A stretch of 64,000 bases of DNA from the human T2T-CHM13v2.0 reference genome, Homo sapiens, in assembly GCF_009914755.1 (NCBI RefSeq), contig NC_060927.1; one strand, given 5' to 3'. The position numbers and the translations under genes are program-made. Each line of letters starts with the position of its first letter. Within the stretch, counting starts at the first letter, position 1. Below are positions 41,274-56,407 of the stretch, piece after piece. The notes beneath the pieces were generated by a model that had not been told where the DNA came from, searched no databases, and saw nothing but the letters and a program-made list of their open reading frames with translations.

Positions 41274-41414
41274 AGAGTCAAGTACCTGCTGACCCCAAGG
41301 GAACCCAACCGCTGGGCTGTGGAGCGCGAGGGAGCCACACCTTACAACTCTCGCACCGTCATGAACGGCGCTCTCGTGAAACCGACCCACATCATTGTGG
41401 AGACCATGATGTGA
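41274..41414 (+). CDS. SLC6A6: Exon 15 coding part (C-terminus, ...HIIVETMM*)
   Basis: tctccag|AGA acceptor; [46 protein letters not shown] then TGA 41412-41414; all exons sum to 1863 nt = 620 aa. Confidence 0.97.
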   Translation, partial: RVKYLLTPREPNRWAVEREGATPYNSRTVMNGALVKPTHIIVETMM

Positions 41415-41551
41415 GCTCTCTCGGGTCGACGGGGCCAGCGGCTTTCCTGCTGTTTACTAACATTAGATTCTCATAGGACCAGGTTTACAGAGCTTTATAT
41501 TTGCACTAGGATTTTTTTTTTTTGTAATTGTCACAGAAAATGTAATTGTGG

Positions 41552-41597
41552 GTGTGTGTGCGTGCGTGTGTGTGTGTGTGTGTATCGTGTGTGTGTG
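41552..41597. repeat. Interrupted (TG)n microsatellite in SLC6A6 3' UTR
   Basis: gtgtgtgtgcgtgcgtgtgtgtgtgtgtgtgtatcgtgtgtgtgtg. Confidence 0.92.
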
Positions 41598-44500
41598 TTT
41601 TGTTTTGATTTGGGGGATATTTTGTACAAAAAGAAAACCCACGGGAAGATGTCCGTGGAGAGGCAGAGCTTTCATACTGAATTAGATGTATTTTATGGGA
41701 ATTTGGTAAATTTTTCTTTGTATTTTTTTTTTTACATATAAGTATATATACACTTAGAGATTGTCATATACTTTTACCACTTGAATTGATCTTCTTGCCA
41801 GCAATAGATCTCATTTTCAAAAGCAATTCTTCGGTGCTGTGTAGCTGGCAGAAAGTTCTGTCCAGTAAACGCAGGATGGAATTTTCCTGGGACTCTACAC
41901 CCATCTTAAGGTGGTATACCTTCCAAATCCTGGTTCAGATGGAAGAAATAGCAGGAGAGAGGACCCATTAGCTGGCAGACCCAGGGGGAAGAAAGGAGGG
42001 CTGTGAGGAGATACCTCATTAAACTTGGCTTAGTGAAGAAGAGAGATGCCAAAGGAATGAACCAACCCTTCACATAAAGGAGACTGGCTGAAGCTGAATG
42101 AGGAGGCCCTATAGCAGAAGTCTGATTCTAAGAGCAGTAGAAACTTGTACCAGAAGCAAAATCCCACTTTTAATTTTGAGATGGTGAGTGGATAGTCAGT
42201 AGACCGTCAGAACCACTGGCCAGAGAGGGAGCTGCTAGAGATCCAAGAAGGCTGGCAGGAATGAGGCTCACAACTCAGCCTCGCAAGAGGTGGCAGAGGC
42301 ACAGGAGGCCACAGTCCTTCCTGGGGCATTCCAGGCAGAGAAGGAGCAGAGGCTCTCCCGGCAGGAGCTGGGGTCTCAGGGCTCAGATGAGTCTGTTGCA
42401 TTTGAATGGGGTCATAGCAGGTTCTGGTCATTCCCCAAGCAACATCTCAGCATCTCTTAAAGTTGCCTGCAGGAATGAAGCATGACATACCTGTTGAGGG
42501 ACTAGGGGAGTGGTGGGGAGGTGAGTGGACCAAAGGATATAGGCCCCAGGCATGCAGATGGGCCCGGTGTCGGGGAGGGGTGCTTTCTTTCCTCATCTCC
42601 CCACTCCCCACTCTCAGCCTGGGAGACTCCTGCCAAGCCCTCATTAAAGATGCCACCCTGGGCTGCCCTGGCACCTAGCAAGGCACACCAAGAACAGCTT
42701 TTGAGTCTGTATCCTCCACTGGGGGAAGTGCTCCCAGTTCAGAACAAGGGCAGCCCGTGGTGCTGACCTAGGATATAACAAAGCTCTTCACTTCAAAACC
42801 CCTGCAATAGCTGGGTTTACAGACATTTACCACCTGGGGACCCAAAAGAGAAGGCCTAGGAGAGTTTTCTAGAAGGTTGGGATTGTCAGGGTCCTGGCCC
42901 CCCAGAACTGGCTTGATCAAGGGCCTTATGTGGAGCAGAGGTTGTCTCTGAACCAGGAGAGAAGGTACTATACCTTTCAAATCCCCAGGGCAGACACACC
43001 CCCACCCAGCCCCTATTTGGACCTAAACTGTGCCATTTGAACAGTCACTTCCAAGCTCAGTCTAAATGAAACCGAAACGTGACCACGCACAAAGGCAGTC
43101 ACTGCCTCGAGGGGTGCAGACCGCAGAATTTTCACAGCAGGGGCTCTTGGAACTCTGGAAACCCCCTTCTTAAATTTGGGAGGAGGAGTATGCCTTTGGT
43201 GTCCCCCTCCCAAGGGGCAATTCTGAACCCCATCTTTGGCAGGCATACATATTTCACTGTTTCCAAAGCTATCTACTCTGCCAAACAACACCCAGTCCTA
43301 TTCCAAACTCTCAACGATTCTATCTTGTTCCTGTTTTTCTATGTATTTATGGTTGCCGTTTGTGTCTGATTTGATTTTACTGTTTTTTCCCTGATTTTAT
43401 GGAGTAGCATTGTGACCTGTTTTCCTTTGTCTTATATAACTTTAGTAAACTAACCACTGTCAATGATTGAGGGCAGGTGGCACGTGGGGAAGAGGGGACT
43501 TGGCACGCAGTGGCTACCTGGGCATTTGTGGTCATTTCAGTTTCCATCTCCCCAGCGGGGGCTCCCTGGGTGAAAGGCCACAGTATTTTGGGTTGGTAGG
43601 CAAATTGCAACATTCTGGACATGGCCTGAGGAAGGCCTCTTCTTATAAGATTCTCAGACCAAATTCTAGACCAAAGACACAGGCAGACCAAGTCCCCAGG
43701 CCCCGCCTGGAAGGAAGTCGTTCCTCAACTCTCCCCAAGGCACCTGTCTCCAATCAGAGCCCTCTCGCCCAGCCAGCCCTGGCTCTGTGTGCAGAGCATA
43801 GCTCTGCGAGTACCTGTGTAATAATGCTCAACCTTCATGTCTCCGTATAAACGAAACTTTCCATGAGAGCTCATGACTCTGGTCCACCTGTCTATAGAGA
43901 ATGGGCAAAGTCCTTCACCTGCTTTCTGCTTGGGATGGGTCAGAAATGCTGATGCCCGCACATAGCCCAGCCAGCCAGATCTGGAAAGGAAGCGAGGGGG
44001 TTGTTTAAATCAATTTTTTAAGATGAAGAAGTGGGAGACACTGCGTTGAGATGGGCCATGCTAGGGCCACAGAGATTTCCTGACGGTCAGGGAGAGAAGG
44101 GCCTCCAGGGTCCCCTAACCCAACGCCCTTGTTGTAAATGAGGTAACTGAGGCTCAGGGAGGCACTGTGAGCCAGGAATGGATTTTCTTGAAACAGCTCT
44201 AGCTGCAGGTTCTCCGAGGTAGGTGCAGGGAATGGTGAGTGTCTAACCAGGGCTACATCCAGCAACATCCTCAAGGTCTTCCTGACAACCAAAGACAAGC
44301 CTTTATGGAAAAGGAAATGCGCTCCCCTCCATGTTCAGGGATGAGGGGAGCAGCAGCAGCCACACTCCCACCATCCTCACAGAATTCCTGGACCCATGCG
44401 GTGGCTCCGTGAGCTGGGTGACTCCAGCCTCACCTGCACACCCCAGCCCTGCACGGGGCCCTCCTTCCTCCCAGCAGCCCTTGGTGAGCTAGGAATTGAG

Positions 44501-45728
44501 ATCCCTGTTTGTGAAAGAGGGAACTGAGGTGCAGAGAAGCCAGAGGTGTGCCAGATCCTTAGGCAGGATTTAGATGAAGTCGCCCTGGCTCCAGACTGAC
44601 CCCGAGGCTCTGCGGGGAGTTTCCAGGCAGCAGGAAGTGGCCTTGGATGCTCTCCTTCCAGGACAGCATAACCCCTGGGCCATGTGCAGCTCCTTCACTG
44701 CCCCCTGGATCCCCAGCATACCCCCAAAGACAGTGGGGAAACACAAGGGGAGAGCACAGCATGGCCCCTCCAGCCCACTTCAGGGCACTCTTGTATCACC
44801 CGGGTACCGCCACACTGGTCCCCCACCCAGCCAGCATCTCCCAGCACAGCCCCTCTCCCTGGGGAAATGCTCTGGGTAGCCAGTCTAAAGGCAGAGGCAC
44901 CTAACTGCTCCCCGCAGCCCACCCCACCCAAGATTCAGACACAAGCCAGGAAAGGACCCAAGAGAAAATCCTTCAAGGTGGCCTGAGGTCCCATCCCTCC
45001 CTCAGACCCATGTGGTCCCAGGCCAGGCTGCCTGGGACACGGTAAATACCACTGTGTGCAAAAATCGAAGTACAAAACCACAAGACTAAACAAAACAAAC
45101 CCAGAGAGCCAAACTTGTAGAGGTGGGCAGTCCAGAAAGCAGGGGGCAGCCCTCCCCCTTTCCTTCTCTCCCTGATCCTCAGAATATATATTGTTGTAAT
45201 AGGAAGCATTTTTGCATTGTTCTCTTGTGGGTGTCACTACAGACATGTTCTGGCGTGTTCTCCGAGGGATGGAGCATCCTGTTATATATTTGACTTCAAA
45301 TTGAGATGTTGGCTTCATTTTTTTTTTTTACCCAATTAATCTCCCAATCCCTAGCAACTGTGACTCTGTATTTAGCACAAGAGAAAGCTGAGAATGTGGG
45401 TCTTGCCTCCTTCCAGAAATATGTCTGGCTCATCAGGACATTTTTTTAAAACTTCAAAATATTTTTAAGATATTTTAAACTTTTATAAAAAAAAAATCAA
45501 CCAACAAGAGACTTTTCTGAGGAGGAACATTTGTATTTGAACAAGATCCTTGGTGTGTAGTTCAGTCTTGCAGTATACAAGCTTTTGTGTATAAATGTTT
45601 TATGATATGATTCCCTGTATTTTGCAGGGGTTTTTTTCTCTTTTGCTTTTTAGATAAATATGTATATCAATATTTTAAATTCATCTTTGCTTTTTTTAGA
45701 GGAGTTTGTAATCACCTTATAACATGAA

Positions 45729-45734
45729 AATAAA
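45729..45734 (+). terminator. SLC6A6 polyadenylation signal
   Basis: AATAAA preceded by U-rich/TGTA elements, followed by CA dinucleotides at ~45750-45757 and tgtgtgggttgtgttctggtg. Confidence 0.88.
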
Positions 45735-47029
45735 CATTTCCTTTTTAACATCCAACATGTGTGGGTTGTGTTCTGGTGAGGTATTTCCCCCTCAACGTTT
45801 GCCAAACGCTTTACATTTTATAAAGGGCTTCCCGTCCAATCCCAGGACGCTCCTCAAAGGTAGGTATTTTCCCAGGTTAGAGGTTCCCACATGGAGGCTC
45901 ACAGAGGAAGCAGCTTGCTCACTCAGGGGTACACAGCAAGTCCATGAAAGAACCTGGATTCGCACCCGGGCCCATGAGCTCTTGGCTCTACTGGCTCTAC
46001 TGATTCTACCTGCTACATGCCCAGCCCTGTACAGCTGGGAGATCTGGCAGCAGTCACCTGAGCCTCAGTTTCCCCATCTGGAATAAACCATTGTCCCCAT
46101 CAAGGCCACCAGGATGATTGGAGGTGATGCTCTTGGCCTTAGGTGCTCACCTGCTGCGGCTTTCAGTCCCTCCTCTTTAGCCTTGGGCTGACCTGCCAGA
46201 AGTGCAGAAAGCGGGTGGCGGAGTGGGGGAAAGGGTAGAGGGGGAGCAAACCTGATTGCCCTTCTCCCACTCCCCCACCATCAGGTGCAGGCGCTCATTA
46301 ATACCCAGTTAGGGGCTCTCTGGGGTCACAACAGGTCCATGTTTGGGGCAGCCTTCCTGCCAACAGCGCCCCCCACCCTTTGGGATGGACAAACTCGGGA
46401 GTCAGTTGAGCCCTTTGCCCAACTAACCAGACAAAATTCTCAGTAACTCATTTATAGACAATGTTAGAATAGAAGACCACCCTACCCCCATTTTCTGGCT
46501 CTTTCTGACAGCCTCTGCCTACCTCCCTCCCTCTCTCTATGTGTACTGGCCATGTGGCTTGTGTTCAAGCCCTGGTTCCATCCCTTACTACCTGTGTGGC
46601 CTTGGGCAAGTTACTCAACCTCTCTGTGCCTGTTTCCTCATCTGTAATGATGGGACAGGAATAGAGCCCACCTCCAAAGGCTATTGGGAGGATCCAGCAA
46701 GCTCTTGCAAAGCGCTTAGAGCAAGGCCTGCTGCCTCCCTTGGCCTTCCCCCTGCCTACACCACTCCCAAGACAGAGTACTCGCTTCCTGGAAAGAAGCT
46801 CTTCCTCTGCTCACAGAACTGTGGCCTCCCCAGTGGGGCCTGGCCCTGGCCTCTGGGTCCCAGACCCTGTAGCTCACCTGCCCTAGACACTCTCTGGACA
46901 CTCCAGGGCAGCAGCCAGACCTGAGGCTGCCCTCCTGCCACTACCTTCCCAACCTGGGCTAAAGAGACTCCATATGCAGGCACCACTGCCTGCCTCTGGC
47001 TTTCTGCTGCGCAGAGAATCAAATTTGCT

Positions 47030-47485
47030 CCCCCTACCCAAGCCTTCACGACTGATTCCTGCTACCTCCAACCTAGTCTCCAGCCCCATTCCCCTCCCAG
47101 GCCTTCTTTCTCTTCCTTGAGACCGTCAAACTCGTTCCTATCTCAGGGCCTTTGCACTAGCTGTGCCCGCTGCCTGAGACACTCTTCCTCCAGGTCTCCA
47201 TGGAGGCTGGCTCCTGTCTTCAGGTCTCATTGCAAATGTCGCCTCTTGAGAGAAACCCCTCCTAATATTGTGAGCTAAAGCCCCTCACCCTGGTCCCTCT
47301 ATCCCGTTACTCCCTTGTTTTCTTTGTTGCACTTGATGCCTTTTGAAATAATTATTTATTTGCTTACTTGTTGATTGTCTGCCTGCCACCAGAATGTGCA
47401 GACATGACCTAAATCTGTCTGATTCATGTTGCCCAGGGGCTGGATGATGGAAGCAAATGGCAAACTTTTTGAATTAATGAATCAT
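47030..47485 (+). mobile_element. L2 3' fragment
   Basis: gggcctttgcactagctgtgccc...caaatgtcgcctc...ttgaattaatgaat. Confidence 0.65.
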
Positions 47486-50069
47486 CAAAAGCAGGTGAGA
47501 TGTCACCAGACCCATACAGAAGCTGACTCTTGCCAATCCATGATTTTTTTAAAAAGCAAACTTCTACTCTAGGTGGATTTAAATAATTTTATTTTAAAAA
47601 ATCATCCCCATGGCACCTACCCCCAAGCCACTGCAACCCCTGGTGGGACAAAGACTTAGACGAGGGCCCCAAACAGACCATAAGCGGCCTTTGCAATACA
47701 GCCCCTTGTGCTTCCCGAGAGCCCTAAGAAAACCCGATGTAGAAAAATACTTTACAAGGAATGTGTTCTAATCTCAGCCAGAGAAAAATACAGCTTTGGG
47801 GGAGAGGGCAGGTGGAAGGGGACATGTCACAGGGGCTGTTCCCAAAATGCATAGGCAGGCAGGGCGCTCACTGGGGAAAGGTGTCAGGAAATTTCAAGTC
47901 GGGGATGAACCATCCCCATGAGAAGCCAGAAGAAATATTGCATATGAGGAGGCCGGCATGGCTGGGAGGCCCACCGCGGGCCTGATTGCATACTTTTGGG
48001 AGAATGGCAGAGGCCTCAGCCCGAGGAGGGAGGGGGGTATTAGTTAGAGTCGGGTGCATCTTCCCTCGCCTGGAGTCCTGGAGTCAATGCAGTTTTCCCA
48101 AGCCGAGAGGCCCTGAGAGTGTGTCCTGTCCAGCCCTGTTGCTTAGCAGAGGTCCAGAGAGGCTGAGCCACCTGTCCAAGGTCACACAGCTATGGCTGCT
48201 TGCATCCAGAAGCCACACCTCTGCTGTGCTGTCCCTCACCCTCAAAAGTGAGGGCTCTTGGCTTTCACTTGGTGCCCTGTGACAGGTAGACAGTGCCCTT
48301 TCACTCTGGGCTGAGTACACGGGAATCCAAGATAGCAGAGGCGCTGAGCACCCCAGGCACAAGCATGCAGGGCCCTCAGGGAGGGCACCAAGGGGCAGAG
48401 CCCAGCGAAGTGGAGGGGAGGGGTAAGGGAGGCAGGCCTCCAGGAGACAGCGTGGGCAGGTCCCCAAGGGGGCCTTGGTGGGTCGGCAGAGATGGTTCCG
48501 GCCCTGACCAGGAGGCCTGTGTCTGCTCAGACTGTCCACCCGTGATCGTCCAGAGGGGCTGGGGGTCCAACCCAGACAGGGTCACACAGCAAACAGGTAA
48601 CAGACCCAGGGTGAAAAGAACAGACCTCTTGACTCCTCATCTGTTCCCTCAAATGAAAGAGCACTTTTCTGGCCTCCAGGGACCCCAGGTTGGAGACAGA
48701 TGGAGGTGGGAGTGGGTGCCCCGTTTTCCTGAGACCCCTGTGAGAACTGGGCCAGGCAAAGCACATCCCCAGCCCTGGCTACACCTGCCCGCCCACTCCA
48801 TCCCAGGCACCACTCACTAGACCACCAGGGGAGGCCCACACCCTTCTCAAAATGAAGAGGGTCTCTGATTTGTGGACACTGAGGACAATGATTTTAAGGG
48901 ATGCTGGTGCTTCCAGATTTCAAGTGGGAATAGACTTCTTTGAATAAGCACTTTGGACACCCTCCACTGGGCAAGAGTGTCCCATCTTTTTCTCTGGCCC
49001 ATTTCTCTCCCATCTCCCTCCCTCTTTCTCCTCTTCCTCCACTGATCTGGCTGTAAAGAGGAGCGCTACCGCCTCACAGGTCCTGCGTCCATCGCTTTTC
49101 AATTTTCACTGGATGGCAGGTGAATGGAAGCTCCAGGGTCTTTTGCCCCAAAATGACCCCTCCCACATGGAGGGGCTTGGGCTGAGCGGACGTGCAGATG
49201 GGTCAGTGGCCACACGGCCTACAGAAGAAGCAGGAGGGCTGAGAGCCCAAGGCCCATAGAGCCTGCCCAATGGGCCCAGAACCACAGTCTCAAGTCCCAG
49301 AAGCTTCAGACTGAGATGCTGAAATCAAAGAATCACCCACTTTCAGAATCAAAGGGCCAGCACTTCCTGGGATCCCAGACGCCCCAACTTAAGAGTCTCA
49401 TAAGTGGGGACCAGATTCTGGGAATCTCAGAATCTCAGGACTAGCAAGCCCCAAACCCCTATTCTGGAGAAGCGAAGGAGCTGGGCTCCCATCCGAAGCA
49501 GCATCCTTCCTGGTGGCCGAGTCTCTAGATGAAGTGGCTCCCCATCAGGAAGCCAACCCCCAAGCGCGTGTGCACGCATCATGGGAATGCCTCATACCCC
49601 AATGCATGACTGCGCTGGGGTATCCAGCTCCTGCCTGCTCACCTCCTGTGACCGAGAACTCACTCCTCCTTGCAGCTCATTCCAGCTCCATGGCTTTGCT
49701 GGGAGGAAGTGCTCCCTACATCTTCGACCTCTCCAAGGAGGCCCCACAGAGACCTGGGACAGCCCCCAGGCCTCTCTCCTCTCGGCTGAGCAGCCTGTGC
49801 CAACCCTTCTTAAGGGAGGCTCCTCTGGGCATCTTGGAGACCCAACTTGGCGAGAGACCCCAGCTGTCACTCCAACTAGGGCAGGACCTCCCTGCCTGGC
49901 ACCCCAGTCACCACAGACCTGGGGAACAGAGACCAAGCATCATCCCAGGCTCAGAGTCTGCCAGACCAACAGATGAATGAGTGGGTGGCCGCTTCTCCAG
50001 CCCAGCTACGTGTCTGGGAGCCAGGATCTGCCTGGGTGGCCCCTTAGGAGTTCGGCCCACATGCTGACT

Positions 50070-50231
50070 TCAGAGCATCCGGGGACTGCTGGGGCCTGGC
50101 GATCGGGGGGCCCGGCTGCTGTGTGCCGTGTGCGGCTTGCGGCTGATGATCAGCTCCAAGACATCACCCGCCTCGGCCAGGAGTGGCACCGCCAGGCAGC
50201 AGTCGAAGTCCCGTGTACGGACGTGGTTGAC
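50070..50231 (-). CDS. GRIP2: GRIP2 last coding exon (PDZ7 C-half and tail)
   Basis: cccatgcag|GTC acceptor; [53 protein letters not shown]; 162 nt. Confidence 0.95.
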   Translation of the reverse strand, partial: VNHVRTRDFDCCLAVPLLAEAGDVLELIISRKPHTAHSSRAPRSPGPSSPRML

Positions 50232-51247
50232 CTGCATGGGGCACAAGCAAGGGAACAGAACCGAGATGTCAGCCCTGCTGCGCTGAAGGGAGCAAGAGGC
50301 ATGTGATGTCCTAAAGATGGGTCCTGCCCCAGCCTTGACGCAAGCCCTGACATCACCAGCACCACACACAGAGGAACATTCTTCCTCTAACTCTCTCTCA
50401 GTCCTTCTGTTAGGTTTCATCAAAGAGAAAGTTCTAGGAAGGGGCAGGTATACCTTTCATACCCCTCTAACTCTTGCTTTTCTCCCTTTCTCACATGAAA
50501 GAGCAGACCACACACTCAGAGAGCCTCCTGCCTAGAACTGTGTGATGTGACATTGTCTTCTTTCTATTTTATTTGCATTTTACACCCACTTTCTATTTCA
50601 AAGCAAGGGGTGCAAGATTTTCACTCCTAATGGAGACAAAAAGTTTCCTTTCAAAGTCAAATGTAAATTGAAAAAGTGCCATCAATTTAGAGAAAACATG
50701 AATTGAGTAAATTTCATATAAATATGGCAAAAAACACACTGAGGGAGCAAAAATAGCCAGGGCATGAGAAGGGGCGGCACGGAGTGCCCAGTACACGATG
50801 TCCCACGCTTCCCAGGCTCCCTCACAGTTAGTTAGGAAGGTCACATGAGGGGTTTGGTCCATCGGCTGTGAAGCAAGGTGATGAGTGTTGCTTCTGGGTG
50901 AAGGCGGAAAAAATCCACGTGTGACTTTCCAGTCTGTCTCCTCTGCTGTGGAGTCTGAGGAGGCCACGTGTCTCAGAGGGTCAATTCCAAGATGGGCGGA
51001 TGCTCCATCAGCCCGGGACAAGAAGGCCCCCACCAGCCCACAATGGGCATGGGGTGTAAGAAGAAAGGTCTGTGTGTGCTCAGCCTCTGAGGCTGAGGCT
51101 GCTGGGGCCCGCAATGCAACTTTGGCTAACCTGACTCAGACTTGCATTGTCCTGCCCTCTTCACAGGCGATAGATGCAGGCTCTTTCCCCACCCTCAGGC
51201 TAGGAAACAATGCCACCCCCACTATGGAGCCCCTGCCCCAGCATTAC

Positions 51248-52108
<861 letters not shown>

Positions 52109-52268
52109 TCGTATCTTTTTATATAATGACCTATAGATGGCACAAGACACTGGCTTCTCATTGAAGGTAGGGATGTAAAGGTGTGAGATACATAGACGTC
52201 ACACACACACGTAGAAGGGTTTATATGTTATATGTAAATATGTGTGTATGAGATATAAAATAACTCAA

Positions 52269-52602
<334 letters not shown>

Positions 52603-52821
52603 CTACTTAAAGAAAAATAATAGCCCAGTGTGAATCACAGGTGTGCATGTGTGTGAGTGTGCATGTCACCCAAATGATGAGCATTTTGGAAAACTCAACC
52701 CAGTTTTGTGGTGGAGGAGACTAAAGCCCTGAGAGGGGCAGGGCCCCTCTGGAGTCCCACGACAGTGCTCATGGCACCAGAACACAGGTCCAGGTCTCCT
52801 GTGCTCACCCCCTGTGCCTAC

Positions 52822-52965
52822 CTTGTGCATCTCCAAGGGTGTAGGCAGCAACAGCTCCTCCATTTCTGCAGGAGAGGCTCGTACCTCCCGGCCCCTCTGC
52901 CAAGGCCGGTGGCCAGGCCTGCCCTCGAGGGCCACCCTCTGCACGGTGCCCGTCATGATGGATGC
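52822..52965 (-). CDS. GRIP2: GRIP2 linker exon
   Basis: cttgcag|GCA acceptor, AAG|gtaggc donor; [48 protein letters not shown]; 144 nt, phase 0-0. Confidence 0.93.
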
Positions 52966-53366
52966 CTGCAAGGAACACGGCCTTTCTTTCAGATGCTTGT
53001 TGGCTTGCCCCATCAGGCAGTCAGCATCCACTGACAACTACTATGTGCCAGCCACAAAAGGGACAATGGTGAACAGGACAGACATGGTCCCTGCCCATTG
53101 GGGCTGGGTCCAACAGCGGTGGAGTGGGAAGTCATGAACCAATCACACTAACAATGAGAACAATAATCACTGGCACGTAATCATTCGTGCCGACCCAGGG
53201 CTAAGTCAGTTCTTAGCACTTTACACCTATAACTCCTTTTATTCTCTACAGTACAATGATGCAAGTAAATACCACTTTTTTCCACTTTACAGATGAGGAA
53301 ACTGTTTGTCTCCTTAGAGATATAAAAAAGATTTGAACCCAGAGTCTAGTTCCAAAGTCAAGACTC

Positions 53367-53671
53367 TTTTTTTTTTTTTTTTTGAGACAAAGTTTTGCTC
53401 TTGTTGCCCAGGCTGGAATGCAATGGCACAATCTTGGCTTACCGCAACCTCCGCCTCACAGGTTCAAGTGATTCTCCTGCCTCATCCTCCTGAATAGCTG
53501 GAACTGCAGGCATGTGCCACCATGCCCAGCTAACTTTATATTTTCTTTTTTAGTACAGACGAGGTTTCTCCGTGTTGATCAGGCTGGTTTCGAACTCCTG
53601 ACCTCACATGATCCACCCACCTCAGCTTCCCAAAGTGCTGGGATTACAGGCGTGAGCCACCATGCCCAGCC
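53367..53671 (-). mobile_element. AluS (Sq/Sp-like) SINE inserted into a MIR
   Basis: Antisense dimer; TSD ccaaagtca(a/g)gactctt. Confidence 0.95.
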
Positions 53672-54586
53672 CCAAAGTCAGGACTCTTAACCACTCTACT
53701 ACATTGCTAATCGCCAACATAAATAAGATAAAATTATGCACTGCAGTAAGTGTTACAGAGGTGAGGCACTCGGGAAGTGAGAGCCTGGGACAGGTGGCCC
53801 TCGTCCTGTGAGGGGTGGGGAAGCATCCAGAGCTGAAATTGAAAGGACAAGGACGAAGAGGCCCAGGGAAGAGTCCCTGGCAGAGGAAACAGCACGTGCA
53901 AAGCCCTGTGGTGGGGGGATCTGGAAGCAAACTCGGCGGCTGGTGGTGGCTGGGGGCCAGTCCTGCGGCGCCCTCTAGACCACAGTAAGAAATGTGAACT
54001 TCATCCCAGGAGCAGCAGGGAGCCCCTGAAGGACTGAAGCCAGGCAGAGAAGGTGACATAACCAATGTGTGGATCTAGAAGCATCTTCCGACTGCCACAT
54101 GAAGACTGGGCTGCAGGAGCGGGAGTGGAGGCTGGGAGGAGATCTGTTAGGGGTCATGTAGTGGTCCAAAGAAAAGACAGTGGTGTTCTGGACAAGGATG
54201 GTGCCAGTGGGGAAGGAGAGAAGGAGTGGAGTTAGAACGGGCTCAGGAAGTGAGGGCTGAGCAGTTGGAAATGCCGAGCTCTAAGCTGCCAGTCAGGAGT
54301 ATGTGGCCCTGAGGGAAACAGCTTCACACTCAGGCTGGGAAATCCAGAGATGGAGGTGGGGGTGCTGGAGCTGCTGGGAGGGGAGGATGGACTTCTTACT
54401 CTAACATCGTGCAATCTCACAGGCACACAATTGTCTCCCCAGCCTAGAAACATCTCTCCTTCTACCCATCACAGTATCTGAATTCCCACTATTAGTGCAT
54501 AGTTCTATCTGACCATTTGGGGTGCGGGGGGTTGGTCTTTTAGGGATCCCCTAAGGGAAAGTAGATTATGATTAAAATGTTTTACG

Positions 54587-54880
<294 letters not shown>

Positions 54881-55504
54881 CTGTTTTAGGGCCAAACTGT
54901 TGGGTTGGAGTGGGGGGGAAGATAGGAAACCGAGGGAGGATATTGAATGAGGAGGCAGAGAAGCACCTTTTTCACACCTTAGAAGTGATCTTCACCTGCC
55001 TGGGAGCCAGCATCCAAAAGGAAAATCCAAGACTCCTCATTTTGGGATAATAAGAGTTATTAAAACACAGAATCAGGGAGTCCAGGCATCACAGGGTCTT
55101 GGACCCCTAAAATTGTAGAATTCAAGGACTTCCAGTTAAAATGCAGACTGAGCTGATACAGGAAGTTCACACCTCCCTTCAAACACGTAGAGATGATAGA
55201 TTTCAATTTGTTAAATAAACACTTTCAAAGCAAGAAAGAAAAATTCAGAGACAGGCATGAGCAGGAGTGGAACTGTCTGGCTTATGGAAGTTAGTGGCCC
55301 ATGGAAGGTAACAACGAGACATACGCGTTTGGAGCTGGGGTACTGTTCAGGGAAAAAGACAGTGCTGTCTCAAAGCAGGAAACTGGGTACCATTCCAGAA
55401 AGCGAGTGCCATCTCATTGCTGGATAGAGACTGGAAAATGTCTGCCCACAGGGGTACAAGAAAGGAACCACCAGGACTTGAACAGGCGGGGAGGGGGAGG
55501 ATCA

Positions 55505-56170
<666 letters not shown>

Positions 56171-56196
56171 AAAGAAACTTGAAATAAGTCTGTTTA

Positions 56197-56407
56197 CAGG
56201 GGTGTCCAAACTATTGGTTTCCCTGGGCCATGTGGGATAATTGTCTTGGGCCACACATAAAATACACTAACGTTAACAATAGCTGATGAGAAAAAAAAAT
56301 CGCAAACAAAAATCTCATAATGTTTTAAGAAAGTTTATGAATTTGTGTAAAATTCAAAGCTATCCTGGGCTACATGCGGCCCGTGGGCCACAGGTTGGAT
56401 AAGCTTG
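56197..56407 (+). mobile_element. MER30 (hAT-Charlie MITE)
   Basis: caggggtgtccaa...ttccctgggcca...cacataaaatacactaac...gcggcccgtgggccacaggttggataagcttg. Confidence 0.85.

Larger units (their letters stand above)
41415..45755 (+). other. SLC6A6: SLC6A6 3' UTR (~4.3 kb; end approximate)
   Basis: Alu-free stretch after the stop with U-rich blocks at both ends, closing at AATAAA plus a GU-rich downstream element. Confidence 0.85.
45513..50069 (-). other. GRIP2: GRIP2 3' UTR (distal end uncertain)
   Basis: Follows the GRIP2 stop. Candidate minus-strand signals: AATAAA (47588-47593) and AATACA (45532-45537) with a GU/U-rich downstream element. Confidence 0.55.

Noticed and set aside
41400-41420. 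Stop-codon readthrough, or a TauT-GRIP2 link through the PDZ-ligand-like ETMM tail
   Set aside because: The stop context TGA GCT is not the TGA CTAG readthrough motif, and gene adjacency is not evidence of protein interaction.
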